DNA of 64,000 nt from the sequence record PV730300.1. One strand, 5' to 3'. The notes beneath the pieces are model-generated. The model was not told where the DNA came from. It saw nothing but the letters and a program-made list of their open reading frames with translations, and ran no database searches. The DNA comes from a phage. Positions 1 to 8,989 of the stretch are shown here, piece by piece. Every line of letters starts with the position of its first letter. Position 1 is the first letter of the stretch. The position numbers and the translations under genes are program-made.

Positions 1-831
1 TGGGTTTACGTTATTGATGCTGACTTCGATGCGAACGTTGCAATTTTCTGTTCAGATAACGGTATGTTCTCTGTTGGCTTTAAAGTTGACGGACTGAATG
101 TTGAAGTTGAAGAGGTTGCTAAACCTGTTGTTCGTGTTACTGATTATCAAGTTGTTGATGGTGATGTAATGATCTCCATTGATTTCTTTGAGGACGTTTT
201 AGACGATGCTTTGAGTAATCTCGTTAAGAGTTCCTTGAAACAAAGTCAAGTTAAAGATTATTTAGTGAAAGCTCACGCTAAAGCTAATACAAACTCTGTG
301 GATGCAGAGGCTAACCCCGCAGGTGATAAATCTGCAAACACAACTGGAATCAATAAAGGAGAAACCCCTTTGGAAAATATCAACAAAGAAGAATTCCTGA
401 AATCTGCTGAATTCCAAGAACTGATGAAAGCACAGATCGCTGAAGCTGTAGAAAAAGCAGCCGCAGATGCACGTGCAGCCGCAGAACTTGAAGCACAGGA
501 AAAAATCGCTAAGGCAGAACAGGAAGCAGAAGAACTTCGTAAAGCTGAACAAGCTCGTATCGAAGAAGAATATACAACTGTTGTTAAATCCTATTCTTTC
601 GTAGAAGAAGACAAAGTTGAAGCTCTCGTTAAATATCTGGTAGACAATAAAGATATCGCTGAAACTATCGTCAAAGCATTCGAAAAAGCACGTGCAGAAG
701 TGGACGCAGTTAAGAAAGAATTTGGAACAGAACGTGGTGTTGACGTGATCAATACTCAACCTGTAGCTAAATCTTCTTCTGAACTGATTAGTCAGAAAGC
801 TGCTGAACTTAAAAAAGCCCAGAAACAATAA
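1..831 (+). CDS. Head scaffolding / prohead maturation protein, C-terminal part (5' end lies outside the window)
   Basis: Reading frame is open from nt 1 into the listed ORF 64..831; Ala/Glu/Lys-rich predicted coiled coil (AEAVEKAAADARAAAELEAQEKIAKAEQEAEELRKAEQ); sits directly upstream of decoration and major capsid genes as in lambda-like head modules. Confidence 0.4.
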   Translation, partial: WVYVIDADFDANVAIFCSDNGMFSVGFKVDGLNVEVEEVAKPVVRVTDYQVVDGDVMISIDFFEDVLDDALSNLVKSSLKQSQVKDYLVKAHAKANTNSVDAEANPAGDKSANTTGINKGETPLENINKEEFLKSAEFQELMKAQIAEAVEKAAADARAAAELEAQEKIAKAEQEAEELRKAEQARIEEEYTTVVKSYSFVEEDKVEALVKYLVDNKDIAETIVKAFEKARAEVDAVKKEFGTERGVDVINTQPVAKSSSELISQKAAELKKAQKQ

Positions 832-850
832 TCTTAGGAGATTAAATTAA

Positions 851-1249
851 ATGGCTAAAGGAATTACTTTATCTAACTCTCGCCAGGAATTCGGACACCT
901 GGTTCTGGGTGGAGTGTTTAGCTCTGACCTTGGACACTGTGTACGTGAAGTTAACCTGGTTAAAACAGCAACCATGAAAATTGGTTCTATCTTGAAAGCT
1001 GACAACACTGAAGCTGCTAAAGCTGAAGCTGCCGATGCTGCTAAAGTTCTGATTTGGACTGATGCTCTGTTCGGTATTGACGATGTAGCAGTAGGTGACA
1101 CTTTCACCGCAGTTGTTGGCGTACGTGATCTTACTCTGAACCGCTTTGCAGTATACTACAAAGATGGCTCCCTGGTAGATGACGCTGGCGTAGCAGCACT
1201 GGAAACACATGATCTGAAACTGACCGAAAAAGTCGTTTTCACTTCTTAA
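851..1249 (+). CDS. Head decoration protein (lambda gpD-like)
   Basis: 132 aa ORF with SD, between scaffold and major capsid gene; Gly/Ala/Val-rich beta-type sequence with gpD-like pattern (LIWTDALFGIDDVAVG). Confidence 0.4.
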   Translation: MAKGITLSNSRQEFGHLVLGGVFSSDLGHCVREVNLVKTATMKIGSILKADNTEAAKAEAADAAKVLIWTDALFGIDDVAVGDTFTAVVGVRDLTLNRFAVYYKDGSLVDDAGVAALETHDLKLTEKVVFTS

Positions 1250-1270
1250 TTTTAATAGGAGATTAATATA

Positions 1271-2272
1271 ATGCCAGCAGTAATTTTAGATCAGGTTGTA
1301 GATTTCAGCCCTATGATCGAACTTCAGGATTCCCCTGATACACTGATTGCCAGCCTGAATCTGTTCAGTGTTGACTATCATTCAACTACCGCTATTGAAA
1401 TCGGTAAAGAAAAAGCTGAAGATGCTCTGATCTCCGCTCGTGAGCGTGGTGGTGAGCGTAACTTCCTGAGCATGAAAAATCCAGAACTGAAAGCGTTCCG
1501 CATTCCGTTCTTCCCTCTGGATAAAAACATCAAAGCTCAAGATATTCAATCTTTCCGTAGCTTTGCAATGGCAGGAATCAATGACTCTCTGCGCACAGAC
1601 GCTGAAGTTGTTAACCGCTATATGTCCCAGATTCTGCGTGACGTAGCAAAAACCAAAGAGAAAATCTTTGCAGAAGCAGTTATGGGTCGTGCCTATAACG
1701 GCGTAGGTGGTGCAGCTAACTCTGCATACAACTGGTATACCGAATGGGGTGCTACCCAGAAATCTGTTGCTGTAGACTTTGCTTCTACCACTGTTTCTCC
1801 AGCAGCCACTATCGAGAAAGAAGCTCGTGCTTACATCATCGATACTAAACAAGATGGCTCTACCGCTACTCGTATCGTAGCTCTGTGTTCTCGTGAATTT
1901 TTCGCATCTCTGGTTAACTCTCCATTTGTTCGCCAGGCATATCAGTATTTCCAGGGAACTCCTAACCTTCTGCGTGACCGCCTTAGCGGTAACATGGATG
2001 TTCAGGTGTTCGAATGGAACGGTGTAACTTACATTGAAGATATCCACGGTAACATCCCTGCTGGTGAAGCATATGTTCTGCCTATGGGTATCGAAGGTAT
2101 GTTCCAGGCGCACTACGCTCCTGCGGATACCCCAGAACTGGCTAACACCCAGGCTCGTGAACTGTATACCTTCATGATCAGCCAGCACCGCACTATTCAG
2201 CTTCAGTCTGAATTCTCGCTGCTCGCAGTTAACACCCGTCCAGAACTGGTAGTTAAACTGACTACGGCTTAA
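1271..2272 (+). CDS. Major capsid protein (lambda gpE-like family)
   Basis: 333 aa; C-terminal block LANTQARELYTFMISQ...RPELVVKLTTA resembles lambda gpE C-terminus (LGNTQARGLRTYG...DEFVSVQLA) as I recall it; high-expression codon usage; strong terminator immediately downstream. Confidence 0.75.
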   Translation: MPAVILDQVVDFSPMIELQDSPDTLIASLNLFSVDYHSTTAIEIGKEKAEDALISARERGGERNFLSMKNPELKAFRIPFFPLDKNIKAQDIQSFRSFAMAGINDSLRTDAEVVNRYMSQILRDVAKTKEKIFAEAVMGRAYNGVGGAANSAYNWYTEWGATQKSVAVDFASTTVSPAATIEKEARAYIIDTKQDGSTATRIVALCSREFFASLVNSPFVRQAYQYFQGTPNLLRDRLSGNMDVQVFEWNGVTYIEDIHGNIPAGEAYVLPMGIEGMFQAHYAPADTPELANTQARELYTFMISQHRTIQLQSEFSLLAVNTRPELVVKLTTA

Positions 2273-2293
2273 TAGAACTCTGTTAATATTAGA

Positions 2294-2326
2294 GGCTCGT
2301 CCGTGATGGGCGAGCCTTTTCTGTTT
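2294..2326 (+). terminator. Rho-independent terminator after major capsid gene
   Basis: 9-bp GC-rich stem ggctcgtcc/gggcgagcc with gtgat loop followed by ttttctgttt. Confidence 0.7.
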
Positions 2327-2356
2327 ACAATAAGAGTTTACAACGAGGAGATTGAT

Positions 2357-2701
2357 ATGTCAAACCCAGAATTGAAACGTTACTTTAGTTATCACGAAAT
2401 GATTCGTGATTTCGAATCGCTTTCACCACTGATCGATGCTGATAAAACATTAGTATCTGCGCCACCAATGTCTTTCTATCTGAAAGATGGTCGTATTGCA
2501 TTAGGTGGAAACTTCATTCACTTCCTCACGCGTTTGAGAGAAGAAACAGGTATTCTTGTGCATCCTTTTGCAAGCGAAGAACACATGGGTTACTATCTTG
2601 TAAGTTACGAAGACTATGCACCTGTAAAAATCAAAGAAGAAGTTTTAAAAGTAGAAGCGGTAGACACTCCAGCTAAAAAACGTTCCCTTCGTAAAAAATA
2701 A
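2357..2701 (+). CDS. Hypothetical head/neck protein
   Basis: ATG at 2357 preceded by GAGGAG SD; the longer listed ORF start (2303) lies inside the upstream terminator hairpin and is rejected. Confidence 0.45.
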   Translation: MSNPELKRYFSYHEMIRDFESLSPLIDADKTLVSAPPMSFYLKDGRIALGGNFIHFLTRLREETGILVHPFASEEHMGYYLVSYEDYAPVKIKEEVLKVEAVDTPAKKRSLRKK

Positions 2702-2710
2702 GGTGGGCTT

Positions 2711-3259
2711 ATGCTGAATGCGGTAGAGTTGGCACCACTGATCCGAATTCTTGTTTATAACCCTTCTCAAGAAGTATTGCCAGATGCAATGCTGATTCAG
2801 ATCATCCAAACTTGGATTGATATCATAGGGAATGAAGATAAGGATAAGTGTGCAGTATTGTGGAACAGCTTGATTTCTGTTTTAGAGTATTTATGGAACA
2901 ACGATGTTCTTAACAACAGTACTCAAACAGGAGGAGCTATGTCCCGCAGAGAAAAGATGGGTGAAGTCGAAGTTGAAGTTAAATTTAACAACGGTCAAGT
3001 CACTTATAAATCTCCGTGGGAAGATATCTATCATAACTATTTAAATGGTCTTATGGTGATCCCTGGGTGCACGGCAGGACGAGGAGCAACTAGCAAAGTT
3101 CTTATTGGCGGTGTGGATGCTCGTGAGATTGATCGAGTAAACAGCGATCCTAACTCTGTAAATGGTCTTGGTAATGTTGCAAGTGTTGATCGTAATACAC
3201 GCAACGTTAATTATTTGCGAAATTACGGACCTGTTTCTTTTTATCGTAGGGACAAATAA
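2711..3259 (+). CDS. Hypothetical virion protein (head-tail joining region)
   Basis: 182 aa ORF, tightly packed in late operon between capsid and tail sheath genes. Confidence 0.45.
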   Translation: MLNAVELAPLIRILVYNPSQEVLPDAMLIQIIQTWIDIIGNEDKDKCAVLWNSLISVLEYLWNNDVLNNSTQTGGAMSRREKMGEVEVEVKFNNGQVTYKSPWEDIYHNYLNGLMVIPGCTAGRGATSKVLIGGVDAREIDRVNSDPNSVNGLGNVASVDRNTRNVNYLRNYGPVSFYRRDK

Positions 3260-3747
3260 TGGAAAGTGAGATCTTACCAGGTGACGATACAGATTGGGGA
3301 ACCATTATCAAAAAGATGATGGACCTTGAACAAGTTCAAATCGAAGCTGGTTTTTTAACAAACAAAAGGCATCCTGAATCAGATCTCACTATTCCTGCAA
3401 TAGCAGCTATTCAACAATATGGTAATGAAACAAACAACATACCTGCTCGCCCTTTTATAACAGATGGTGCTGTTATCTCACAGAACAATATCGCTAAAAA
3501 GATGAAGCAGGTGTTTGCAAATTACTTACTGAATAATGTCGGGTTAGCTGTTTTTGAGCCTATAGCGAGAGCCTCTAGAGAAGGAATAGCTCAAGCGATT
3601 GCAATGCAACGTTATCGTCCTTTATCTCCTGTGACAATTAAGATACGACAAGATAAAGGCAACTATTCTAATCATATCTTAATAGATACGGCACACATGA
3701 TAAATGCAATCGAAACAAAAATCACAAAAAGCAAGTCTAAAAAATAA
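3259..3747 (+). CDS. Hypothetical neck / head completion protein
   Basis: 162 aa ORF, start overlaps upstream stop (translational coupling). Confidence 0.45.
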   Translation: MESEILPGDDTDWGTIIKKMMDLEQVQIEAGFLTNKRHPESDLTIPAIAAIQQYGNETNNIPARPFITDGAVISQNNIAKKMKQVFANYLLNNVGLAVFEPIARASREGIAQAIAMQRYRPLSPVTIKIRQDKGNYSNHILIDTAHMINAIETKITKSKSKK

Positions 3748-3748
3748 C

Positions 3749-3777
3749 TTGCATAAACTTTGTTTTTGATGTATACT
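3749..3777 (+). promoter_or_regulatory. Sigma70-like promoter candidate (TTGCAT-N17-TATACT)
   Basis: -35 TTGCAT 3749-3754, 17-nt spacer, -10 TATACT 3772-3777; followed by AAGGAG SD and GTG 3793. Confidence 0.3.
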
Positions 3778-3792
3778 AAAAAGGAGATACAA

Positions 3793-4209
3793 GTGTTACT
3801 AGATCAATTTACTCTCCTTGATCTAACTGAATACCAAGGTCGTAGACGAGTCTACAAAGAGGCCGTTGGTTCAGTTATTGCTAACTTAGAAAGTAGTGTA
3901 GAATATGAACCATTTACTATTGAAGCTGCAAGCTTACAACCGATATCTGGTAAAACACTGAATGCACTACCTGAAGGTTACAGATCTAAGGCTCAATATA
4001 GTTTCTGGACTAAAACAGAAATGAAGGGGTTACAACAAGGAACAGAACAGTTATCAGATCAGATATTGATAGATGGTAAATGGTATTCTGTTTATTCCCT
4101 TAAAGATTGGACCAGAACATCTTTCTTAGTCCATCATCACTGTGTTGCAATATTAGACGATCAAAACAACTCCTGGTCTTATGGAACAGAAGGAGGAAAC
4201 TTTGGCTAA
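3793..4209 (+). CDS. Hypothetical tail completion / neck protein
   Basis: GTG start with AAGGAG SD at 3782-3787; listed ORF start 3760 (TTG) is less likely. Confidence 0.45.
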   Translation: MLLDQFTLLDLTEYQGRRRVYKEAVGSVIANLESSVEYEPFTIEAASLQPISGKTLNALPEGYRSKAQYSFWTKTEMKGLQQGTEQLSDQILIDGKWYSVYSLKDWTRTSFLVHHHCVAILDDQNNSWSYGTEGGNFG

Positions 4210-4840
4210 TATTTACCAACAAATAGAAGCATACGAAAATGCCATCTACTTAAATATAGGTGGCTTCCTTCAAGAATTAGTGGGGTTGCCAGTCTATGTT
4301 ATGGATAAGCCATTCATTAAACCGGATACTCCTTACCTAGCACTACGTATTATCACTTCCAGCGATTCTGGAGGTTGGTCTTACCGAAGCTCTATTCAAA
4401 ATGATATGTATTCCTACGAGATGGATAATACCTACGAGATTGAACTTGTAGCCTATCGTGGAAGACCTACCACTTTGATGAGCTATGTTCTGGCTGCTCT
4501 CCGTGGTGCAGAGGAATTAAAATACAAACATCTCTATTCTAAAGGTCTTGGTTTTTTAGGAGCCTCCAATATAGCTCAAGCCAATACAATTGTAGACGGA
4601 GATAAGACTGAATTAAGAGCGCGTATGGTTATGACGTTCAACACTCGTATGAGTATTGAAGATATTGCTACTACACCAATAGAAGCAATCAACATGCACA
4701 TCCGTTCATTCAGAGATAGTTACAATGATCCTATCCCTTTAGATTTAATTCTAAACAGGGTTTATGCAATTACTTTGGTTCCAGGCGAATACTCGTCAGT
4801 CAATCAAAATGGATCATTATTTAACAACCCTACCGAATAA
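4202..4840 (+). CDS. Hypothetical tail terminator / sheath-associated protein
   Basis: TTG start at 4202 with AGGAGG SD (4191-4196) overlapping upstream stop; alternative ATG 4181. Confidence 0.45.
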   Translation: MANIYQQIEAYENAIYLNIGGFLQELVGLPVYVMDKPFIKPDTPYLALRIITSSDSGGWSYRSSIQNDMYSYEMDNTYEIELVAYRGRPTTLMSYVLAALRGAEELKYKHLYSKGLGFLGASNIAQANTIVDGDKTELRARMVMTFNTRMSIEDIATTPIEAINMHIRSFRDSYNDPIPLDLILNRVYAITLVPGEYSSVNQNGSLFNNPTE

Positions 4841-4874
4841 ACTCATTGGAATTAAGTTTCTAACAGGAGCATAA

Positions 4875-6248
4875 ATGGCAACTTTTCGTGAAAAGGTAGC
4901 AACCGTAACTTTACTGTATGGTGCTACATCAATTCGTGAAACCCAGTTCGATATTCCCCTGATCCTTACAGGTCAGAACGTAACTGGCGAAGCGATTCAA
5001 TATTACTCTTCTTCCGATGCACTTTTGGAAGCAGGTTATGGATTAAATGATCCAGCGTATATTATGGCAGTCAAACTGTTTAACGGTTTGTTCCCACCAG
5101 ATCAAGTCATGGTTGGTAAGCGTGAAGTTACAAACTTTACTCTAACTCCAATCGTAGAAGATAGTGCAACTTACACAATTACCATCAAAAATGGTACCAA
5201 GAAAAAAGAATTTAAATTCATTGCTGATGACACTGCAACTGCACAAGAGATTGTAGTTGGTCTGACTGAAATGATCAATGCAGATCTTGTTTATGGCCCA
5301 CTGTTTACAGTAGCTAACAACGGCGCTGCAATGACTTTCACTCCAGTAGAAGGTAAGTTTGGTTCTATTGACAGCACAGGTTTCACTCAAGAAACTGTCT
5401 ATGCTAATGCTATTACGGAAGATATCGCTGCTCTGCATGATATTGATAGTAGCTGGTTCTGGACCCTTTCAGATTCCCATGAAACAGAAGATGTTCTAGC
5501 TTTGGCTGCATGGGTAGAAGAGAATGATAAAGTTTACTTCTTCTCTAGCTCTGAACCTGGAATTAAAACGAAAGCAGAAGATAACGTTCTGGAACGACTG
5601 AATGACCTCGGTTATAATAACACTTGCTTTGCTTTGTGGATGACCGATGCAGATTCTGTATTCCCAGAAGCGGCAGTTGTTGGTGCAATCTGTTCTCGTC
5701 AACCTGGTTTAACTACTCTTCACGGTAAAACACTGGTAGGTGTAGAGATCGAGAAACTGGATCAGACTTCGGAAAACAATATTGTTCAACAGAACGGTAA
5801 CATCTATCGTAAAGAGCATGGAACTCTGTTCTATCGTGATGGATTGATGGTTAGCGGTTTCTTTGTTGACTATGTTGTTCATGCTTTGTGGTTTAAAGCT
5901 CGCACAGAAGAATCACTGTTTACACTGTTTAAACAACAGTCTATGCTGGGTGGTGGTGTTCGTGCTACTTCAAACGGTCTGGCTTTGATTCGACAAGCTG
6001 TTCTGGCTAACCCGATCCAAGTAGGTATCCTCAACGGTTCCATCGCTAATGAAGTTGTTACTTCTGAAGAGACTGGTTTGCGTGTCGATCTGAAACCTAT
6101 TGTTTATATTCCTTCTCGTGCCGATATGACTGATGCGCAAATCAATGCTCGTCTGGTCGATGGGATGAAGATTGAATATGTTTACGCTGGCTTCTTCCAT
6201 TACGTTAAAGTTCAGGTCAACGTCCTGACTAACCGTACTGCAAACTAA
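4875..6248 (+). CDS. Contractile tail sheath protein
   Basis: 457 aa ORF immediately upstream of a small tube-size ORF, the chaperone frameshift pair and the tape measure gene: canonical myovirus order; identity is by position and size, not by a motif. Confidence 0.6.
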   Translation: MATFREKVATVTLLYGATSIRETQFDIPLILTGQNVTGEAIQYYSSSDALLEAGYGLNDPAYIMAVKLFNGLFPPDQVMVGKREVTNFTLTPIVEDSATYTITIKNGTKKKEFKFIADDTATAQEIVVGLTEMINADLVYGPLFTVANNGAAMTFTPVEGKFGSIDSTGFTQETVYANAITEDIAALHDIDSSWFWTLSDSHETEDVLALAAWVEENDKVYFFSSSEPGIKTKAEDNVLERLNDLGYNNTCFALWMTDADSVFPEAAVVGAICSRQPGLTTLHGKTLVGVEIEKLDQTSENNIVQQNGNIYRKEHGTLFYRDGLMVSGFFVDYVVHALWFKARTEESLFTLFKQQSMLGGGVRATSNGLALIRQAVLANPIQVGILNGSIANEVVTSEETGLRVDLKPIVYIPSRADMTDAQINARLVDGMKIEYVYAGFFHYVKVQVNVLTNRTAN

Positions 6249-6253
6249 TACGG

Positions 6254-6280
6254 CGGGGGTTAAGCCCCCGTTATCAAAAT
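6254..6280 (+). terminator. Weak terminator / RNA-stabilising hairpin after sheath gene
   Basis: cggggg-ttaag-cccccg hairpin followed by a poor U tract (ttatcaaaat). Confidence 0.35.
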
Positions 6281-6294
6281 AAAGAGGATCTATA

Positions 6295-6774
6295 ATGGAT
6301 AAAATGCTTACTGGCGTAATGGCCTACGACCCATCTCAAGTTATCCTTTCATTAGGTGGTTGGGAACCGTGGGGTTTTGCGGCTGATACTAAAATCGTTA
6401 TTGCTAAATCTAACGATATTATCAACCCTTATGCAGGGACTGATGGCGACGTTTCACTAGCTTTGAGTCGTAACCGTTTGGGAACACTCACAATGTCTTT
6501 GCAACGCACATCTCCAGCTAACGAAGTACTTGCAACATATGCACAAACAATGTATTCTACTCGTCAAGTAGCATTCAGCGTTTACTTGGAAGACCCACGT
6601 GGCTATTACATTAGCACGATTGGATGGATTCAAAGTCAGCCTGAAGATACTATTGGCGAAATGATTACAGAGAACCAATGGGTTATTGGTCTTAAAGATG
6701 CAAGCCTTCTGCGTAATGAAGTTGGTGTAGGTTTGAGCACCCTTAACTCAATCTCTGCTCTGACAATTCAATAA
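6295..6774 (+). CDS. Tail tube protein
   Basis: 159 aa ORF directly after the sheath gene and before the chaperone; size and position typical. Confidence 0.55.
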   Translation: MDKMLTGVMAYDPSQVILSLGGWEPWGFAADTKIVIAKSNDIINPYAGTDGDVSLALSRNRLGTLTMSLQRTSPANEVLATYAQTMYSTRQVAFSVYLEDPRGYYISTIGWIQSQPEDTIGEMITENQWVIGLKDASLLRNEVGVGLSTLNSISALTIQ

Positions 6775-6781
6775 TAAATAA

Positions 6782-6803
6782 AGGGCAGAAATGCCCTTTT
6801 TAT
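6782..6803 (+). terminator. Rho-independent terminator after tail tube gene
   Basis: agggca-gaaa-tgccct hairpin (GNRA loop) followed by ttttt. Confidence 0.7.
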
Positions 6804-6819
6804 CATTAGAGAGGAAAAT

Positions 6820-7302
6820 ATGTCACAAGAACAAGATAACACAATTCAAAAATATGCTCGACCAGAAGAAGTAGTTGAGATTCCGTTAGATGGAAACAGA
6901 TCTGTTACTTTCCGTATTATGAAGTGGAGTCCATCTAAAGTGTTTGACAGGATTCCAGAATTGGGTAGTGTTCTGGTTGTTCCTATGACTATGTATAGCA
7001 CAGCAACAATGTCCGCAGACGAAGACCTTGAGTCACGTATTGCTATGGCACTGATCCAACTTTTTGCGGGTTTGGAAGAAAAGAATTTAACTGTCTTTTT
7101 GCGTAAAATTTTAGATGAGGTTTATACTCAAGACGGTTATAACGTTGCAGAAAATTTTGATGAATTATTTATGGCTCACCCAGAACTAGTGTTAGATCTT
7201 ACTGCTAAAGTTCTGGAGGTAAACTACGGCCCTTTTTTCAAACGAGGTTTCGGAAAACTGTTCACACAGCTTCAGGCGATGACGAGTTTAGCAGCAAATT
7301 AA
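6820..7302 (+). CDS. Tail assembly chaperone (gpG-like)
   Basis: 160 aa acidic ORF upstream of the tape measure region; contains slippery heptamer near its 3' end with an open -1 frame continuing to 7568. Confidence 0.55.
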   Translation: MSQEQDNTIQKYARPEEVVEIPLDGNRSVTFRIMKWSPSKVFDRIPELGSVLVVPMTMYSTATMSADEDLESRIAMALIQLFAGLEEKNLTVFLRKILDEVYTQDGYNVAENFDELFMAHPELVLDLTAKVLEVNYGPFFKRGFGKLFTQLQAMTSLAAN

Positions 7303-7568
7303 CACCTGCGATTGAACATGCTATCGACACAGCAACGAAAACCCTTACTTTGAAGTGGTATGAGGTTATTCTTTGCAAAGTCGTTAAAGATACCTCGGAA
7401 ACACTGAAAACATTGGATAACTACGGTGTAGATTATCTTTTAAAACTATATGAGTATTTAACATACGAAGAGTATGTTGAAGCCATGTATGTTAAAGACA
7501 CTTCAATAAAGAGAAAACATCAAAACCAAACAAATAAAATGTCAGATTTGTTTAAGAAACTTGTTTGA
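6820..7568 (+). CDS. Tail assembly chaperone G-T fusion product via -1 frameshift at 7233-7239
   Basis: Predicted fusion of about 250 aa (G frame to 7239, then -1 frame to 7568); conserved position immediately upstream of tape measure gene. Confidence 0.45.
7233..7239 (+). other. Programmed -1 ribosomal frameshift slippery site (T TTT TTC)
   Basis: Zero-frame codons CCT TTT TTC (7231-7239) give heptamer U UUU UUC; the -1 frame is open from 7209 to a stop at 7566-7568. Confidence 0.5.
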
Positions 7569-7593
7569 CTTTAAAACGTCACGGTGGTATACT
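7565..7593 (+). promoter_or_regulatory. Sigma70-like promoter candidate (TTGACT-N17-TATACT) upstream of endonuclease-like ORF
   Basis: -35 TTGACT 7565-7570, 17-nt spacer, -10 TATACT 7588-7593; followed by GGAGG SD (7610-7614) and ATG 7621. Confidence 0.45.
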
Positions 7594-7620
7594 TCTTTTA
7601 TTGAATAGAGGAGGAACATC

Positions 7621-8937
7621 ATGCGTGGCGTTTTAAATATTATAGGTCAAGACCCAAACAATCCAGACAAAATTCTGGTTACATGCTCTATCTGTTCAGA
7701 AGATAAAGAACTTTATCCTCAACCTTTCAGCATGTTCAAAAGTAACTTTGGTAGGCAAACACCTTGTGGTTGCTCAAAATGTCCAAAACTAAGTGAAGAT
7801 CAAGCCTACATTGTAGCAAAGAGAGCTACAGAAGCTTTAGGATACACTTTTTTAGGTTGGAGTAAAGAATACACAGGCTCAAGTTCTACAAAAATCCGTT
7901 GTGTTTGTCCTGAACATGGGGAATGGAACACTGGTATAATTTCAACGATTCGGAAGGGTGTGGGTTGTCCAAAGTGTGTAGATCCTAGGAAAAGAAAAGA
8001 TTTAGTAAAAGCTGAAGATTTCTTGGCAACAGGCTTCTTTGAAGATGGGACTACTTTTACCAAATCTGAAAGAAAAGATAAAAATGGTTGGAGTCCTTAT
8101 TGGTTTGTTACCTGCCCTACATGTTCAAATGATAAGTTTGTAAAAGCTGGACTTTGCTCTGGTATCTTTGAAGGCATGAAGTCTAATCTTTTGAAGGGTG
8201 CTAAACCTTGTCGTTGTTCTTCAAGGTATGTATACACTGAAGAGCAATATATTTTACGAATTAACACTGAAACACCTTATAGCTTTATTCGTTGGATTGG
8301 GAAGTTTAAAGGTAATCGCTCAAAAGTTGTAGTTTTTTGCGAAGAACATGGCGGTGAGATAGAGATGACTGTTTTTGGTTTGTTATCGGGAAACCGTTGT
8401 ATTACTTGTCACGGACACAAACCGAAACCAGAGACTGACATGAAAGAACAATTGAAAAAGGTTTGTGAGGAACGTGGATACACTTTTGTAAAGCTTATTG
8501 ATTACAAATCAAATAAGAGTTCTTTTCAATACTCTTGCAAAACCCACGGCATCCAACAAATATCAATCACAAACTTTATACACGGTGAACAAGGTTGTCC
8601 AGAATGTAGAGGTAAAAATCAGACCTATGCTTATATTCACCTGGTGGAAGATGAGGGTCTTGGTATTATTGGTCTTAAATTTGGAATAACAAAAAATCCA
8701 AGAATAAGAATAAGGCAACAGAATCGACTTGCTAAATATAAACTACGCAAGTTTAAGTTATATAGATTTGAAACTGTGGCAGCTTGTCGCACCGCAGAGA
8801 AAGAAGTGAAAGACGTTTTACCTTGCGGAGTTTTCTCCCAACAAGACATTCCAGACGGGTGGACAGAGACAACTTATATCTACAACCTGGAAAACATTAT
8901 GAAAATCTTTGAAGATAATGGAGGAATACTTTGTTAG
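7621..8937 (+). CDS. Homing-endonuclease-like protein: five tandem zinc-ribbon modules plus C-terminal T5orf172 (GIY-YIG-like) domain
   Basis: Repeated Cys-pair modules (TCSICS...TPCGCSKCPK; IRCVCPEHG...GVGCPKCV; FVTCPTCS...PCRCS; VVFCEEHG...RCITCHG; YSCKTHG...GCPECRG); C-terminal YAYIHLVEDEGLGIIGLKFGITKNPRIRIRQQN matches the T5orf172 pattern as I recall it; strong SD; lies just upstream of a group I intron core. Confidence 0.6.
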   Translation: MRGVLNIIGQDPNNPDKILVTCSICSEDKELYPQPFSMFKSNFGRQTPCGCSKCPKLSEDQAYIVAKRATEALGYTFLGWSKEYTGSSSTKIRCVCPEHGEWNTGIISTIRKGVGCPKCVDPRKRKDLVKAEDFLATGFFEDGTTFTKSERKDKNGWSPYWFVTCPTCSNDKFVKAGLCSGIFEGMKSNLLKGAKPCRCSSRYVYTEEQYILRINTETPYSFIRWIGKFKGNRSKVVVFCEEHGGEIEMTVFGLLSGNRCITCHGHKPKPETDMKEQLKKVCEERGYTFVKLIDYKSNKSSFQYSCKTHGIQQISITNFIHGEQGCPECRGKNQTYAYIHLVEDEGLGIIGLKFGITKNPRIRIRQQNRLAKYKLRKFKLYRFETVAACRTAEKEVKDVLPCGVFSQQDIPDGWTETTYIYNLENIMKIFEDNGGILC

Positions 8938-8989
8938 AAATTAACGCCTTAACTTAGGGGCTAATGTGTAGTGATACACATTATCAACT

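Noticed and set aside
262-828. 188-aa minus-strand ORF (Phe/Cys/Ser-rich) fully inside the scaffold gene
   Set aside because: Antisense shadow of an Ala/Glu/Lys-rich coiled-coil coding sequence; low-complexity, no SD, and the opposite strand has strong coding character.
2303-2356. Upstream extension of ORF 2303..2701 (start MMGEPFLF)
   Set aside because: The first 18 codons lie within the terminator hairpin and U tract after the capsid gene; an ATG with GAGGAG SD at 2357 is the more plausible start.
7621-8937. Possibility that the endonuclease-like protein is an intein or an in-frame part of a mature tape measure protein
   Set aside because: The ORF ends with a stop codon 327 nt before the tape-measure frame resumes and is followed by an RNA intron core, so protein splicing is excluded; a fusion via RNA splicing cannot be excluded and is reported as an open alternative.
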